64,000 nt of DNA from contig CM069161.1 in NCBI GenBank assembly GCA_035221665.1, forward strand, positions 24,614,001 through 24,678,000, written 5' to 3'. Source of the DNA: Okamejei kenojei (taxonomy: Eukaryota). The position numbers and the translations under genes are program-made. The notes under the pieces are model-generated. The model was not told the origin of the DNA. It saw only the letters and a program-made list of their open reading frames with translations, and searched no databases. Position 1 is the stretch's first letter. Each line of letters begins with the position of its first letter. Positions 1-25,239 of this stretch are shown one piece after another.

Positions 1-16
1 GCAAGGAACTGCAGAT

Positions 17-48
17 CAAAGATACTAGAGCGGATACTAGTATCTTTG
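17..48. mobile_element. 32-bp hAT-type MITE (12-bp TIRs, 8-bp TSD)
   Basis: CAAAGATACTAG (17-28) and CTAGTATCTTTG (37-48), flanked by CTGCAGAT at 9-16 and 49-56. Confidence 0.7.
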
Positions 49-139
49 CTGCAGATCAGGCATGATATTCTTCCGATTTAAATCGTAATTTCGATTTTAT
101 TGTTTTCCTATTTTTATTTTTTTGCGCCCGATTATTTGG

Positions 140-345
140 TGGCCAATCAACGACTGTCTCTAAGGGGGTTGCGTCCAATCACCGACCAGCTACCCTTAAA
201 ATTCCCGTCCAATCAATAAATCGGTCCTCTCCCCGCCAATCAGCCGCCGTCTCCAAGGGCATTGTGTCCAATCACATAATGCGCTGGTCACTTGGCAGCC
301 AATCAGACAGTCTCCTAGGGGCCTTTTGATCAATCACCGACCTGC
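140..345 (+). repeat. Degenerate tandem array with seven CCAATC/TCAATC boxes at about 31-bp spacing
   Basis: Boxes at 143, 175, 209, 236, 268, 299 and 330. Confidence 0.75.
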
Positions 346-499
346 TTCCCTCACTAAAGCAGACGATGGCTGCAGCCAACACACACACACAGACAGAGAC
401 AGAGTTCCCGTCCCCCCCCCCCCCCCCCCCCCCTCCTTCCCAACCTCAGCTTCACGGACCCAGAGTACCCTTAGTTCCTAAACCCATTTCCATCACTGG

Positions 500-565
500 A
501 GTGTGTGTCTGTGAGTGTGTCTGTGTGTGTGTGTGCGCGCGTATATATGTGTGAGTGTGTGTGTA
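500..565. repeat. Imperfect (GT)n microsatellite
   Basis: Read directly from the sequence. Confidence 0.9.
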
Positions 566-1494
566 AAGTCTATAGCAACATATCAAGACATATTGATAAT
601 GAACTCGTTCATCCAGTCTTTCAATAGAGCATTTTCAATGGTGAGTTAATACATGTTTATGTAATACCAACTAATGAACATACAGGTATGTTAATGTTAA
701 CATTATGCGCTATCACTTGCCTGTGGGAGCCGCGCTTGCCATCATGCAGAAAAAAATTGCTTCGCGCAAAAAATTACTGATTTTGTCTCCAAATTACTGA
801 TTTTTAGCCTTATGATTACTGATTTGTGCCCTGGAAGGTTGGCATCTCTGCCCCTGATCCCTTCAGCCACAAGGGCCACATCCAACTCCACATTAAGGCC
901 ACTTTCTGTTGTATCGTAGAAGGACTAGTCAAAAAATTATTAAAGTTCTCTGGCAGGTTAGGAGAGTTTTTGCAGAGAACAACAAGTAGCCACCTCAACA
1001 GTCTTGACTTTGAAACTGGTTCCTTTTTTCCATTGCAAATTTTAAATGACTTATTTTCCAAGCCTTGACTGGAAAGTGAAATTCATTTTGTTTTTCTTTC
1101 TCTGGTTGATTAAAGGTAGGCTGACTGCATTGTAATCAAATATTATGCAGAGTTTAAACAAGGAATTGGAGGAAGCATTTGTTTCTATTCATATTCCATT
1201 GTATTTTGTAAAAGCTATTTTATTTGAATTCTTGATGTGGTACCCTGTATAGCAAAATGCATGATGGCAGGCTGCATTACCATGCAGCTGCATAAGATGC
1301 AACACCCAGGCTTTCACCTCTTCTCTTTCACCTGGGGGGGGGGGTCCAACATTCTTTTTCCACGTGATCAGCAATTTGCTTGCACTTTTCCCATTCTAGT
1401 GCACTGCGTGCAGCCTCCTGGTGATAACAAATCAGTGGATGATTACTTTACAAAACAATCGGGTTCAGTCTGCAGGAGTCCCCCTCTGAGCTGC

Positions 1495-1640
1495 TTGTCA
1501 CCTGTTGCTTTAATTCTGTGACTTTGTGCATCCCATTCCAGCACTGACTCATCTTTATGGCCTGCTGCACCATTGCAAAAAGGTTAATACAACTTGAGGA
1601 GCAAAACATTCAAGACATGTTCAAGTCTTCCAGACCATCA
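1495..1640 (+). mobile_element. Highly decayed Penelope-like GIY-YIG fragment
   Basis: Resembles the PVAxHFN...GLLH...LEEQ region of the PLE copy at 30854-31070. Confidence 0.4.
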
Positions 1641-2618
1641 TATGATCCGTTAAAGCTTAATGTATCTTTTATGGTCTCAGCTTGTATTTCACACTAATCA
1701 GTTTTTTATACCTTCAGTATTATTACAGTGTTAGTAAAGTTGCACCTTTAGATTCCGACAGCCTCTCCATTATATTGTATTAACACCTTTACAGAGTGTC
1801 TTCCTCTAAAGGGAACTTTAAGTTTCAAGCTGAATTAGGCCACAAGAGCACCAAACACAAAGTAGTAAAATGTCAGATCAACTACGTGCTGAAAATAGTT
1901 GGATGGCTGAATCTGGCTGCGCAGGAGCTTTTTTGTGTGGTGATTTTGTTGACCTGTTACCTGGACCAAGAGAAAAATCTAGCAGGAGATGTCAAAAATT
2001 ACCTGGTGTGCTCTCTATTCCCAGTGTTATTTCCTATAGTAACTTTCCCCCATAGACTAGAGTTTAAAATTGCTGTAAGTCAATGGAGCTAAGACAACCC
2101 AAAATGGTTTGTGCCCTCAACTCATTCTGTTAACAAATAAACAGTCTTCACCATAACTTAACTGGACATTTCCGTTTATGAAGAGTTTGGCCACATTACA
2201 ACATTTGTAAAGCTCAGGTCGGCACAAAAGCTAAAGTATTATCAGGGCATATCAAGAGGTGACTGTTAAATGGCCTACTTAACCAATGTCGATTTTAAAC
2301 ATAGGCAAGCTTGTCTTATTGCCCACATCCTTTAACGTTGGGACGTTTTTTGTGGTTTGTGTACTTATTTGCTCTTATAACCAATTCTGAAACACTGAGC
2401 AAGAAATTATGAAATTTAACGTGTTGAAAATGCATGTGAATAGAAATGCTATTAATTATAATAGTTCTGCATTTTATAGAAAGTTTTGTTCCACTTTCTG
2501 GTAAATTGTGGCGATCACTTTAAAATGTTCCCAGAGCGTTTTTTGGCTATAGAGGGGAAAGGAAGCAACTGTTTAAAGGAGTTTATTTTAGACCCCCCAA
2601 AAAAATGTCAATGCCTGT

Positions 2619-3450
2619 ACAGGGCTCTTGCTTAACTTTTTTTCCCTGTTGCCAGCCGGGCAACCTTGGCAGCTTTTTAGGTTGCCAAATAACATTTTAG
2701 GTGGTCATTTAAGATGGCTTGCATGACGCGTGCGATAATGTGCTCGGGCGAAGTGCGTAGTTACCAGTCGGAATTATGCTCAATGAAGCATTCACTTTTA
2801 TTTTCTGCTTCAAACAAAGTCACAAACTAAACATATTCACCAATCAAGACATGCAGCAAAATTATTATACAGTATCTCAACTCTTTTTACACATTGCAAT
2901 CAATGCAATTTTTATTATTTCTTTCCACTTCCAAACAAAAATGTGGTTGGATCATTCAGTGTATGATCAACTTGTGTCAATAAATCGTGGGCCATGATAA
3001 CATGTATGCTTAACCTTGCACACTACAGATTCAAGCAAGCATGTTTTCTGTGAAGGACCAAAAATTATCAGGACATGGCCATAGCATGGGTCGTTATTGC
3101 TATTGGTACTGAAACACTCTGGCTTCCCACATAATTTATCCACAACAAAATATACAGGTTGCAAGGAATTTTCTAAAGGCTTTTTATGATAATAGCTGGT
3201 AAAACTGACTATACTCATCTGACAGGTTAAACATTACACTAACTGACAAGAGATGGCCAAAGGACATAAATGCAGCAAATGTTCTCTTGGTAATATATTT
3301 AAAGGTGTCAAGACGCCACATTACCAAAACTGTAGGCAGTGGTGTTCCCATGCCAATGTCATCATAGGTGGAGGTCAAGTGCTCTTGTCAGGAACTGTGG
3401 TGCATTTTGTGGGTGGCACACTGTGGTCTCTGCACCAGTTGAGGGGGAAT
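2619..3450. mobile_element. Probable hAT (Tip100-like) DNA transposon remnant
   Basis: Starts CAGGGCTCTTGCTTAAC with ttgcc/ggcaacc subterminal motifs; right end uncertain. Confidence 0.35.
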
Positions 3451-4524
3451 AAATAATTTGGTGTGCCAGTAATATGTGGTTCTAATTTCCTCCAGGAGGC
3501 TGAGTTACCCGTTTTGAGCAATTGCTTTTGCTAGCGATGGGAATGGTATTCCAATGCAATGTGGGCAATGGAAAGGCTTTAGGGTGTCGGGAGATGAATC
3601 TGACTTCTGTCCTGTTCAAAATTGGAAGGGGTACAAAATTATAATAGGTTTTCAAATCCGATATTTCTATGGCGATTTGTGAGAATAGAATTCAAAAACA
3701 CTTTAACTGTACAAATGCATTAATCACAGGGGATTATGGGTAACAGTTGCTAGGTACAGGATTCTTGGTTATTTCAGTTAATTTGTGCCAAGTGGACTTC
3801 TGACTCTCTTTGATCCAGAAAAGGTATTAGATTTTAAGCCCTGATCATTTGCCTCATTGTCTGAATTATCCATTCAGTGTTCTTTTACTTATTTCATGTG
3901 CAAATGAAGATTGGAATATTATACTTTTACTCTAACTGATGCTGGCAGGCTTTGAGAGTAAGGCTACTTGAGGTACAAACAAAGCAATGTGTAATTGAAG
4001 ATGTCCTACAGTTTGCGGTAAAGCTAAAACAGATGAAGTCCCCAGCATTTCATTTGTTTGAGATTTACATTTGAATGTGACACTGTATTTCTTGGTGACG
4101 TGTGCAGAAATTGGTTTCAATTTGAGGTGGTATGTTTAGCTATGAGTAACGAGACACATACTTAATGAAAAATATAATAATGAGTTACAATGAGTACAAA
4201 AGCAAACCATAAAAGTAACAAAGCAGATAATTGGGCGTTTGTCAAAAAAAACTTGAAGCTTAACATAAAGAACCGTAGTTAAAATGCATTGGAGTGCAAT
4301 GGACACTTGCAATTTCCATGCAAAGGGCATAAAAGGCATTGCTGGTGCAAAAATAACATTCTCTGGAATAGTAACAGGGATGTGGTTTTATATATTGAGA
4401 AAAATATGAACAAAATGAAATCTCCAAGTGAAAAATGCAAGGAGTAACTTGGCAGTTGTTCAATGCAGAATGGAGCTCATAGCAGAGAGGTGCAGGAATT
4501 GTTTTGCACTTGGGGGGTAAAACT

Positions 4525-4865
4525 AGTTGGGGGGAGAGAGGGGCGCTGCACTGACAGCAGCCTCTGCCTGCAGCCCATTTTTTTACATCTTTTTTTTAAT
4601 TTTTAGGCCGCTAAAAGTCTGTTTTTGTGGGAATCTTTAACTTTTCTATGTGGGGGAGGGGGGCAGGGTAAGGGGGAAACTAACTCCCAGCCGCTTCCTG
4701 GCGGGGACGTGACTATTCTCCGAGTCGCTTCCTCGCCCCCCCCCCCCCTCCCCCCACCTCGTGGCCTACCTCCTGGATCGGAGCGGCCTTTCCTGCCGGG
4801 GACCGGGAACCAGACCAGAGCTGCAACAGCGGCGGCGCTGGAGTCACCGCGGAGCGGGCGATGCT
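4525..4865. mobile_element. GC-rich interspersed repeat fragment, possibly LINE 5' region-derived
   Basis: Abrupt GC-rich insert in an AT-rich intron; no coding or splice support. Confidence 0.4.
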
Positions 4866-5924
4866 CACAAAACACTAAGGGGGAAAACACACTTACTTTT
4901 CATCAGGTGTTTTCTAGCTTCATTGCTATCTTATTACAAAGTACACAAAAAGACTTTGGGAGTGGAAATTGCTTTGTAAAAGATGGTCTAAAGTAACTGG
5001 TATTGCAATCATTGCCCTTAATCCAAAGATTGCCCTTCTAGATTTTGATGTCTTTAATGGTAGTTAACATTTACCATTCTATGCAAGAGCTCATTTATTA
5101 ATCTACTCTAAGTGAAATTGTATCGATCACTTGATTTAAGGAAGCAGGCTAACCTGCTTAATATTTATACTTTGTACTTTCAGCAGTCATGCTTTTTTTG
5201 CAATCATAACAATCTTTTAATGATTTTTGCAATATTTCATTTTCATTCCTTGCTAAGATTTGTATGAAGCATGAATTGATGTAAAAGTGTAGTAGTAAAA
5301 AGCTGGTATTCCATTCTGTCAAAAATACATCTCTGCAGCCAAATAAATGGGACTTGCTCTTCATTACACTTACATTTGCCAAACCTTGCCCTGTATTTCT
5401 GGTAGAATTTTTTGTAATTAGGATATGAGTGTATAGTCCATGTAACAGCATCTCTTATCCGGCAGATTGAGGTTCTATAATATAGGCAACTGTCTCTGTT
5501 CAACCTCTAAATGCAGCTAGTGCTAACATTTCATATAACCATTGAATAATCATTCAGTATAACCAGGTATAACCATTGCTTGAAAAAATGTTGATTTTTG
5601 GTGCTTTGGATGTGTTTAAACTGGACAAACAGCTTACATTTTTGAAAATGTCATACAAATTTGTGCTGGCCTTGTCTATGCCTCTGGGTTGTTACAGAAA
5701 AATACAAATCACACTATTAATATTAATGGTGGAAGTGTCAACATATATTAGCTATAACCTGTTAAGAGTATTTCAATATCTCCTCTTCACAAGACCATAG
5801 TAATGATAATGTTGAGTTTGTTGCATCTACAACAAGTACCGGTACTAAACAATAATTTTGAAATAAAAATTGAATCCAGCTTTGCTTTCATGTGGTAATG
5901 GAGACTGTTTTTCAAAAAGCATAA

Positions 5925-17986
<12,062 letters not shown>

Positions 17987-20900
17987 ACTTGTAAATCTGT
18001 AAAAGGTAAATGGCTGACTGGAACTTTACACCCAACAAAAGTTTGATTAAATGCTAGAGAATGTGCCTGTGTTAGCTGTTGATGCATTGTTTTCTGACTG
18101 CAGGTTTAAGTTTCATATGTTAACAGGCCAGTTAGTGGAAATTTTGGCAAAGCATCATTGGAACTTGTCCGTAAATGTTTATGCTGAAAGCAGTTAATTA
18201 ATTAACAAGGCACCAAATATCTGCTAGTGTGAATGCAAATTCTTGGCATATATACTTTATATATGTTGGAGTGTATGGTGACAAATTTGGAGATGCCTGC
18301 TAGTGTTATCCTGCACCTTTTAAATTACATTAGTGCATTTTGGTCCTTGGTCAAAGGTGAAATGTTGCCAATGCTGTCACAGTAAGCCCAACATGTTTAA
18401 GCTGAGGAAAAGTATAAAGTCATAGGACATTCTAATTGTTGGCCACTATCTGGTAATTTTGATGGAGTACTTTTTCAGTCAGCTTTTAACCTTGTATAAT
18501 ACCTTGTGTGCAAGACTGCTACAGTATTTAGAAAATAAAATTGTTTATATATTGAAAGATGCACATTGGAACCTTTTTTCCTTGGATAACCTTGCTCTAT
18601 ACCGAAAGCATTCGGTTTGCATTTTTTTATGAAGTGTAGGGCACTGCTGTTATTTTAATGGCTGTAAAATATAGTCTGAGTATAATCGATGCACAAAGAC
18701 CACTTGACTGAACAATTGGACAGTGAAATACTGGAATAGTGAGTGAACTCTAGCAGCGAGTGCATATTTCCTGTCAATCACACTTGTATAAGCTCAACAA
18801 AGAAAGTGAACTGAATGATGTTTGATCTGCTTCGAAGCTTTATTATCTCTGCATAGATAAAGGTATAATGGCACAACTTAAGGCCACTAAAAGGGATGTC
18901 ACAGGGGAATTGAAATTTGTCTATTCAGTATTGAGCAAAATGATCACTTCCAATTACTTTTAATTGAGACTGAAAATGAATTGTCACAAAATGATCTGAC
19001 TTGCTGTGAAGGGGTAGAAGGGTATTTTAAAATCAACTAAGTCAATCAAGGTAGAAATTGAAATATTGAGAATTGATAAATTAACTGTGTAAAAAGTGAT
19101 TAGACTAATTAAAAATTAAGTTAAACAATTTCATACATAGGATTGGGTTTGGTTACACTGAACTAGCATAAGATATGTTGGCCCAAATATTTTGATGTGT
19201 ATTGAACTTTGCTATTGTATTTTACATAGCAGAATACACTTGCTGTCCACTTTTTTTATACTTAGTTTGCTCTGGGCTAGAGTTTGCCAATTAACAATTC
19301 TAAATGTATCCAGTTAACAATTCTAAATGTATCCATTGAGAAGTTTAAATTGTCATGAAATTCTATTTTTGAATAACATAAAGGAATTTCTCTACAGTAG
19401 TATTAAAATATTAGAAGCCACATACATCCATAAATTCAATGAAAAAACTTCCATGCCACTATTTAGAATCAGACTGTGAAAATAATGGCTTAATTCAACA
19501 ATTTGATTGCACCATCTTGCAAATATTGCAAAAGCTTTGAGGCAGGGTGAGGAGAGAAGAGGGCATCAGTGAACACAAGGTCTATTTGCACCAGTTATGT
19601 TTGACAGTAATTGTATTTAAATTTACTTTCTCGTTATCACTGTTTCAAATGTGTTTTATACTGAATTGTATTTTTAATTTTACTTCTAATATAAATCCGG
19701 GCTTAAATATACAGATGTAGTTTTTTTCAGTATTTATTTAAACAGTTGATGTACCCATTTAAAGGGCTAGCTTCATTTAAGGTCTAACTTGGGTATTTAA
19801 AAAAAAATGAAACCTAGCTTAAAAGCAAAGTGTACAGATTAAATAAAAAAACTGCTTAATTCCTCTGCATTCCAGTTTAATTTACAGGTATATTCTGATA
19901 CAGAGCCTGTGAAAATAAGAGCAACAGCTTTTCAACTCTTGGTGTCTCAATCTGAAGATTGTGTGGTTAAATATGGCTTCTGGAACAAATTTAGAATGGA
20001 TTGCCCAAAGGAATTGTCAGGGGCATGGACAATGTGTTTGCATTTTTGGTTTGGCAACCTTTTGTTTCTCTTCCATCTCCACGATGAAACTGTAGACTGC
20101 AATATAGGTCTAATGATCTTCAAAACTGCTTTGAAAGAGGCTTGATACACTGGATAGTGCAGTACAATTATTAACTCTGCACTTGGACCTGCATTCATAC
20201 CTGTATATTACTCTTTCTACCACCACAAACATGACTTTCACAATTCAGATTTTGTAGTATGCCATTCTGTACCATTTAAGGAGACTACCAGTGTAAAACA
20301 GTCCTGTAATAATGGTAAGAGTGTGAAGTGTAATTATCCTTGCAGTGAAGGAAATGTCTGGATAGCTATTTTTTGGGGTTTTGAAATTTATCTTGTGTGT
20401 TTAGCTCTGTCTGCACAGGCAAAAGTAAAATATTGTGTAACTCTTAAATATAGTTCTGTCTACACATGTCATTCATGTTCCATTTTAATTATTATGTAGC
20501 CTTATGTGCCCTGATGCTATATTGTTCCCTACGTAACATCTGCAAAGGAAACTGGTTTTAACAGATTTCAAAGTTTATTCACGGAAATTGGGTGGTAGGA
20601 TTTGTCTTATGAAATGGCGAGAAAATATCTTAGTGTTTGTTTTGTTACTGAGCTTGGATTCAGCTTAGCAACCGCACCTCTGTAAACAATTTTTTTTGTG
20701 GTAGTTGTGTTTTGGCCTACTATCTTTAATTCATTTAATAATTTGTGTGCTGTTTATAGGTCAGTATTTGTGCAGCCTTGGGATGCTGCCGCCTTGCATT
20801 GCTGCAATCAGTGTCTTGGAACTTGGCTTGAGTGCTGCCATCTAGGGAGTTCCAGGATGATTGAGGAATAGGATTTACTTCCCCAGTTCCTCAACATTAA

Positions 20901-22020
20901 ATATATATATTTATCCAGAAACATTTGTACTGCAATCAGTGAGATAGTGTCTCCATTAAGGCAGTTCTCTCGATTTTCCCCACCCAGTTATTTTTGGGCA
21001 TTGGGCTGTTAATGACACTCCCAAGTTGATATTTTAAATGTTGCAGATTTGTAGTCGAGTGAGACTTTGAATCAGGACTAGTGAAAGTTTGAGTAAATTG
21101 CTTGGCAGCCACCAGGATGAGGGCAAACATGCCTTTCGGGCATCAGCACCTTCTAGTGGTAGAAATTCAGTACTGTAGCAGTGTTACATGGACCTGTAGT
21201 TTTTGAAGCCAAGTCTATTAACAGCTGCAAACACAAACTATTTTCTCTCTCCTTGCTTTAATCTCGAATTACACTTAATTTTGATTTAGTGTCCAGCTGA
21301 TTTAAAAATCTGAATCGGATCGCTTGCTGTTTTACCCCTCTTAGGGGGGTAGGGAGAAACCTTGCAAAAATGTCTACATATATTTTCCAAAGGAATTGAG
21401 CAGTTACATTTTTCAAAGCAATTATCTGTATGATCCTTGTAAATAGCTAAGTTGAATGAAGTATATAAAGGCAGGCATTGTAGCATAACATTACTCTGCC
21501 ATCAAAACACTACCTTTTTCCTTCTGTTATATGTTGTTGAAATGTCTATCCACATTAGGAAACAAAGTAAGAATATCTAAAGAATTCTAATTGTGTTGTG
21601 TTTTCTATTGTAGTGTATTTGTTGATCAGAATAACCTCTGTTAGGATGATGGCAGATAACTGATACCACATGAATGTTTACGAGAAGGAAATTGCTGGCC
21701 AAAATGGTTAATGAAACACCAGATTTGTATTGAAAAGATTGAATTGGCCTGGAAGCAAATCTTTGTAGAATTTATTTTGTTTTATTGACACTATTGAGGG
21801 TTTGGTTGACATTGTACATATGTTTCAAACATTAAGCTTGGACAAATGTATACCACATTAGCTTGTGGATTTGTGTGTGTTTTTTTTAAGTAGGTTCAGT
21901 TTCAGAAAATACCAATAAAAGTGCCAATTTCCACTGCAGACACCTTTGTGTTGTACATAAAGGAGATTATGAACTGGTGTAACACTTTAATTAGTTAGTA
22001 TCGCGGAATGAAAATAAAAT
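17987..22020 (+). other. FAM117A: Putative long FAM117A 3'UTR with several poly(A) signals
   Basis: About 4.5 kb of U-rich DNA with no recognisable interspersed repeats after the stop codon; AATAAA at ~18534, ~19842, ~21914 and ~22013. Confidence 0.5.
19291..19335. repeat. 23-bp direct tandem duplication (ttaacaattctaaatgtatcca x2)
   Basis: Read directly from the sequence. Confidence 0.9.
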
Positions 22021-22664
22021 AGTGTACTGATGTCTATAGCCATACATAGAGGAAAAACAGTCCAGCATTTCCCCCTTTTCCAATTTGGACTTTTGCATAG
22101 TTATTTTATCTAAACCTGCACAAATATTTTGCGCAATCAACCTAAACTCGTTTCTACAGAGCATGTGAGCTTATACATGAAACGTGTTGCTGAGGCAGAG
22201 GTATACATGTTGTATGACCAACTATGACCAAACTTCTGGGTTCTCATCTTCAACAGCAAGCCTACCATTCTATGCAAGTAGTAGGGGGAAGATCCATTGT
22301 TTAACATGCTGTACATTTTGAGCTGCATGGTCTGAGGGTGATCTAAAGTTCTCTATCATATGCAGTCTTTTCCTTTTCTGTTGCATCCTTTGTCCTTCTG
22401 CTTGCCGTCATTTTATTCTGCTTTTGAGCAGCTGCCTGATTGCCAGCATGTTAAGCAACAAATGTTTCCAATAATCTATAGTGCTACTGAACGATAGATT
22501 GGAGTCACAGTGTGATACAGTGTGCCAGTGCTTCATTTAAAATGACCAGGATCACTGGAAAGTTTCTTGTATTAATTTTTCTCTTGAAAAATATAATTAA
22601 AAACATGATGTATTTATCAGAAAGAACCAAATAAATCGGAACATTTGCCAATTCAACACCACCA

Positions 22665-22775
22665 GCCTGGATGAAACGTCGACTGTGTTATTTACCTCCA
22701 CAGATGTTGCCTGACCCGCTCAGTTCCTCCAGCAGTTTATTTGTACTCTAACTACCAGCATTTACATCTCTTGTG
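22665..22775 (+). mobile_element. Old PLE pLTR fragment (GAAACGTCGACTG variant)
   Basis: gaaacgtcgactg...cagatgttgcctgacccgctcagttcctccagca. Confidence 0.65.
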
Positions 22776-23676
22776 TGCTGAAGATTATTGTTTTTTTACA
22801 ACATTAAGTAAATTTCATTTCTCAAAGCACTTTGTAGATGCAAAATGCAGTTAGATTGGCTCTGAGAGAGTGCCAATGTATTTTCTGACATCTCTGGGTC
22901 CTTTTTCTTACTAACAAATTCTAACATTTCAATGCATGAACATTTTCATTGACCTTTTGCATTGAGGTTTTTATTTTATGCTGCCAAAATTACAAAGATG
23001 TAATGGTCTATTACCTTTGACTACTGCTTGTCATTCAAGATAGACAATGACCTAGAGCCTTGCAAAATTTCTTCAGTTTGGTTCTTGAGCTGGCAAAAAA
23101 GATAAAAATTCTACAGTCGGGGTGATACTGATTTAAAGTTTTTCTGCCAAATTTAGTCATGCTTTCTCAAGTGAAAACTTAAATAACAGGCTCTCGGGTT
23201 GAGGTGTTGCTGCCTAAACCAGAAGGAGCAGGAAGAGATGGTTTGAATGACTGGTTCTTTTGACTATATCAGTCAGCCACTTAATATTTCAAGGAAATAG
23301 CTTTCCAATTTAATTTCCAATATCTGAGGAAATATTGCTGCAGTAGTTGAATTCGAACGATCTTAACCTTCATGGACTGAAAGGCCATCTCCTCTGCCAT
23401 AAATTTGCAATAGAATGGCATATTTCATCTGGATTAACATCCGTTGGATGTTTTTCCCCCCAATTAACCATTTCCAGCTCTCAGTTAACCACTGTCATTT
23501 TATTACTGATTGAGTGGTTGCAGTGTGAAACAAAATCATATGGAAACTATTGGTGAAAGTAGATACCAGGGTCATACTAATTGAGTTGTGTTGATGGTTG
23601 GATTGGAGTAATAAATTGTTTCATTTAACGACCCAACATGGTTATCACACCTTGAGTACATCAACACAGTAAGTGA

Positions 23677-23868
23677 AACGTAGAAACATAGAAAATAGGT
23701 GCAGGAGGAGGCCATTCGGCCCCTCGAACCAGCACCACCATTCATTGTGATCATGGCTGATCGTCCCCAATCAATAACCCGTGCCGACCTTCTCCCCATA
23801 TCCCTTGGTTCCACTAGCCCCTAGAGCTCTATCTAACTCTCTTATATCCATCCAGTTACTTGGCCTCC
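23677..23868 (-). mobile_element. CR1 (HER1-like) LINE 3' end
   Basis: (tagaaaca)n tail and ggccattcggccc...atcatggctgatc motif. Confidence 0.85.
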
Positions 23869-24619
23869 AATAGACACTATTTCTAAAATTTCACATGATT
23901 TTGTTCAATGATCTCCAGTATTTTTTTGCAGTAAGCACATGGATAAATGTTCAAAAAAGCTTTTCTTTCAAAAAATTGTTTGGTTTCTCTTAGCTAGTAT
24001 GTTTCTGGAAGCAATTTTATTTTCCAGTCAATTGTAAAATGATCTTGCTTGCCAAAAATCTAACATGGCATTTGCATTTTGAAATTGAGTTACTCGGGCA
24101 TTTCTATTTGTTCAATGTGGTTGCGCACTTTCTGGCCTCTTCTTTCGTTGTCCACCCACTCTAGTTAAACACATCTCACTCCTGAAATGAAAGCTTGCAG
24201 AACTAGCCAAACCTGAACTTCACCAACAGCTCATAATCTCATACCAGTTAGGGCTTTTTTAGAGCAAAGGAGAAAGGTTCTTGGATCCCAGTAACTAAAA
24301 TCAGAACTGCAGCTGCTTGAAATGTCAACATGGAAAATACTGCAGAAATTTGTGGATGGTGGGGAAGAGACGGAGAGATATTTGCACAAGGTGAAACTAT
24401 GTTAATCTGTTGGGACATAATTGCAATTTCTGACGGTTTCTGACCTGAATCATTAACTGCTTTCCAATTATGGTACCTGGTAGCTTGAGTTTCTCCCAAC
24501 ACTTTATTTTATAGTCCCAGTTTTGAGTTGATGAACAAACTCCATCCCACCCCTATAGGCAATGGCATCTATATATCCAGTTTGCCAATGAGTGTTTTCA
24601 TTCATGGAATTCTGTGTAT

Positions 24620-24990
24620 TTTAGAGATGCAGCATGGAAAGAAGCCTTTTGTTTGGAGTGAATTCAAGGTATTATACGGGTGTTGATACAAGGAAGTTGG
24701 TCGCGTTGTCAGTCATATGGCACAAAACCCTAGCCTTTGGCCCACTACACTACCCATCAGCCACCCATCTGTCATTCTCGTTTGTCTTTTTGCATCTCCC
24801 TGTAAGTCTGATTCACTCCCCTTGCTCCTCCTGGAATCTCCTGTCGCGCATCTGCACAAGAGGTTGTTTACACTAGTCAAATAACCTTTCAGCATTTTGA
24901 TGGACACTGGATTGCAGCAGAACATGCAAATCCCGCACACCGCACCAGCCAGGATCAAACTTTGGTCTCTGAAGCTGTGAAGCAGCATTG
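24620..24990 (-). mobile_element. Decayed V-SINE/HE1-like element
   Basis: Resembles other SINE copies (agaacatgcaaa..cacac...ccaggatcaaac...gctgtgaagcagc). Confidence 0.55.
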
Positions 24991-25239
24991 TCCTGGAAAC
25001 GTCTAAACATGGGTTCAAGTCCAATAGCCTTGTCCTGAAAGCTCATCGGTTGTCATGGGTGTGATCAGAGCTGCATTCGTCGTAACATTTAACGTTCTAT
25101 CACAGGCCTGGCCATCATGGTGAAAGTGCAAAAGCTATGGGCAATCAATTGAGTCATGCTACAGAATTAGCAAACAGTAAGATGTTTTTGGAACCACTGT
25201 TGAAAAATAAGTTGAGGGTATTACTGTTATAACATCTGG

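Noticed and set aside
140-345. Repeat-spacer pattern as a CRISPR-like array
   Set aside because: The constant part is only about 6-7 nt and the spacers are related to each other.
1796-2092. 98-aa ORF as an upstream FAM117A exon
   Set aside because: Lacks the expected SLDTI/GQWPRD/DKATQ motifs.
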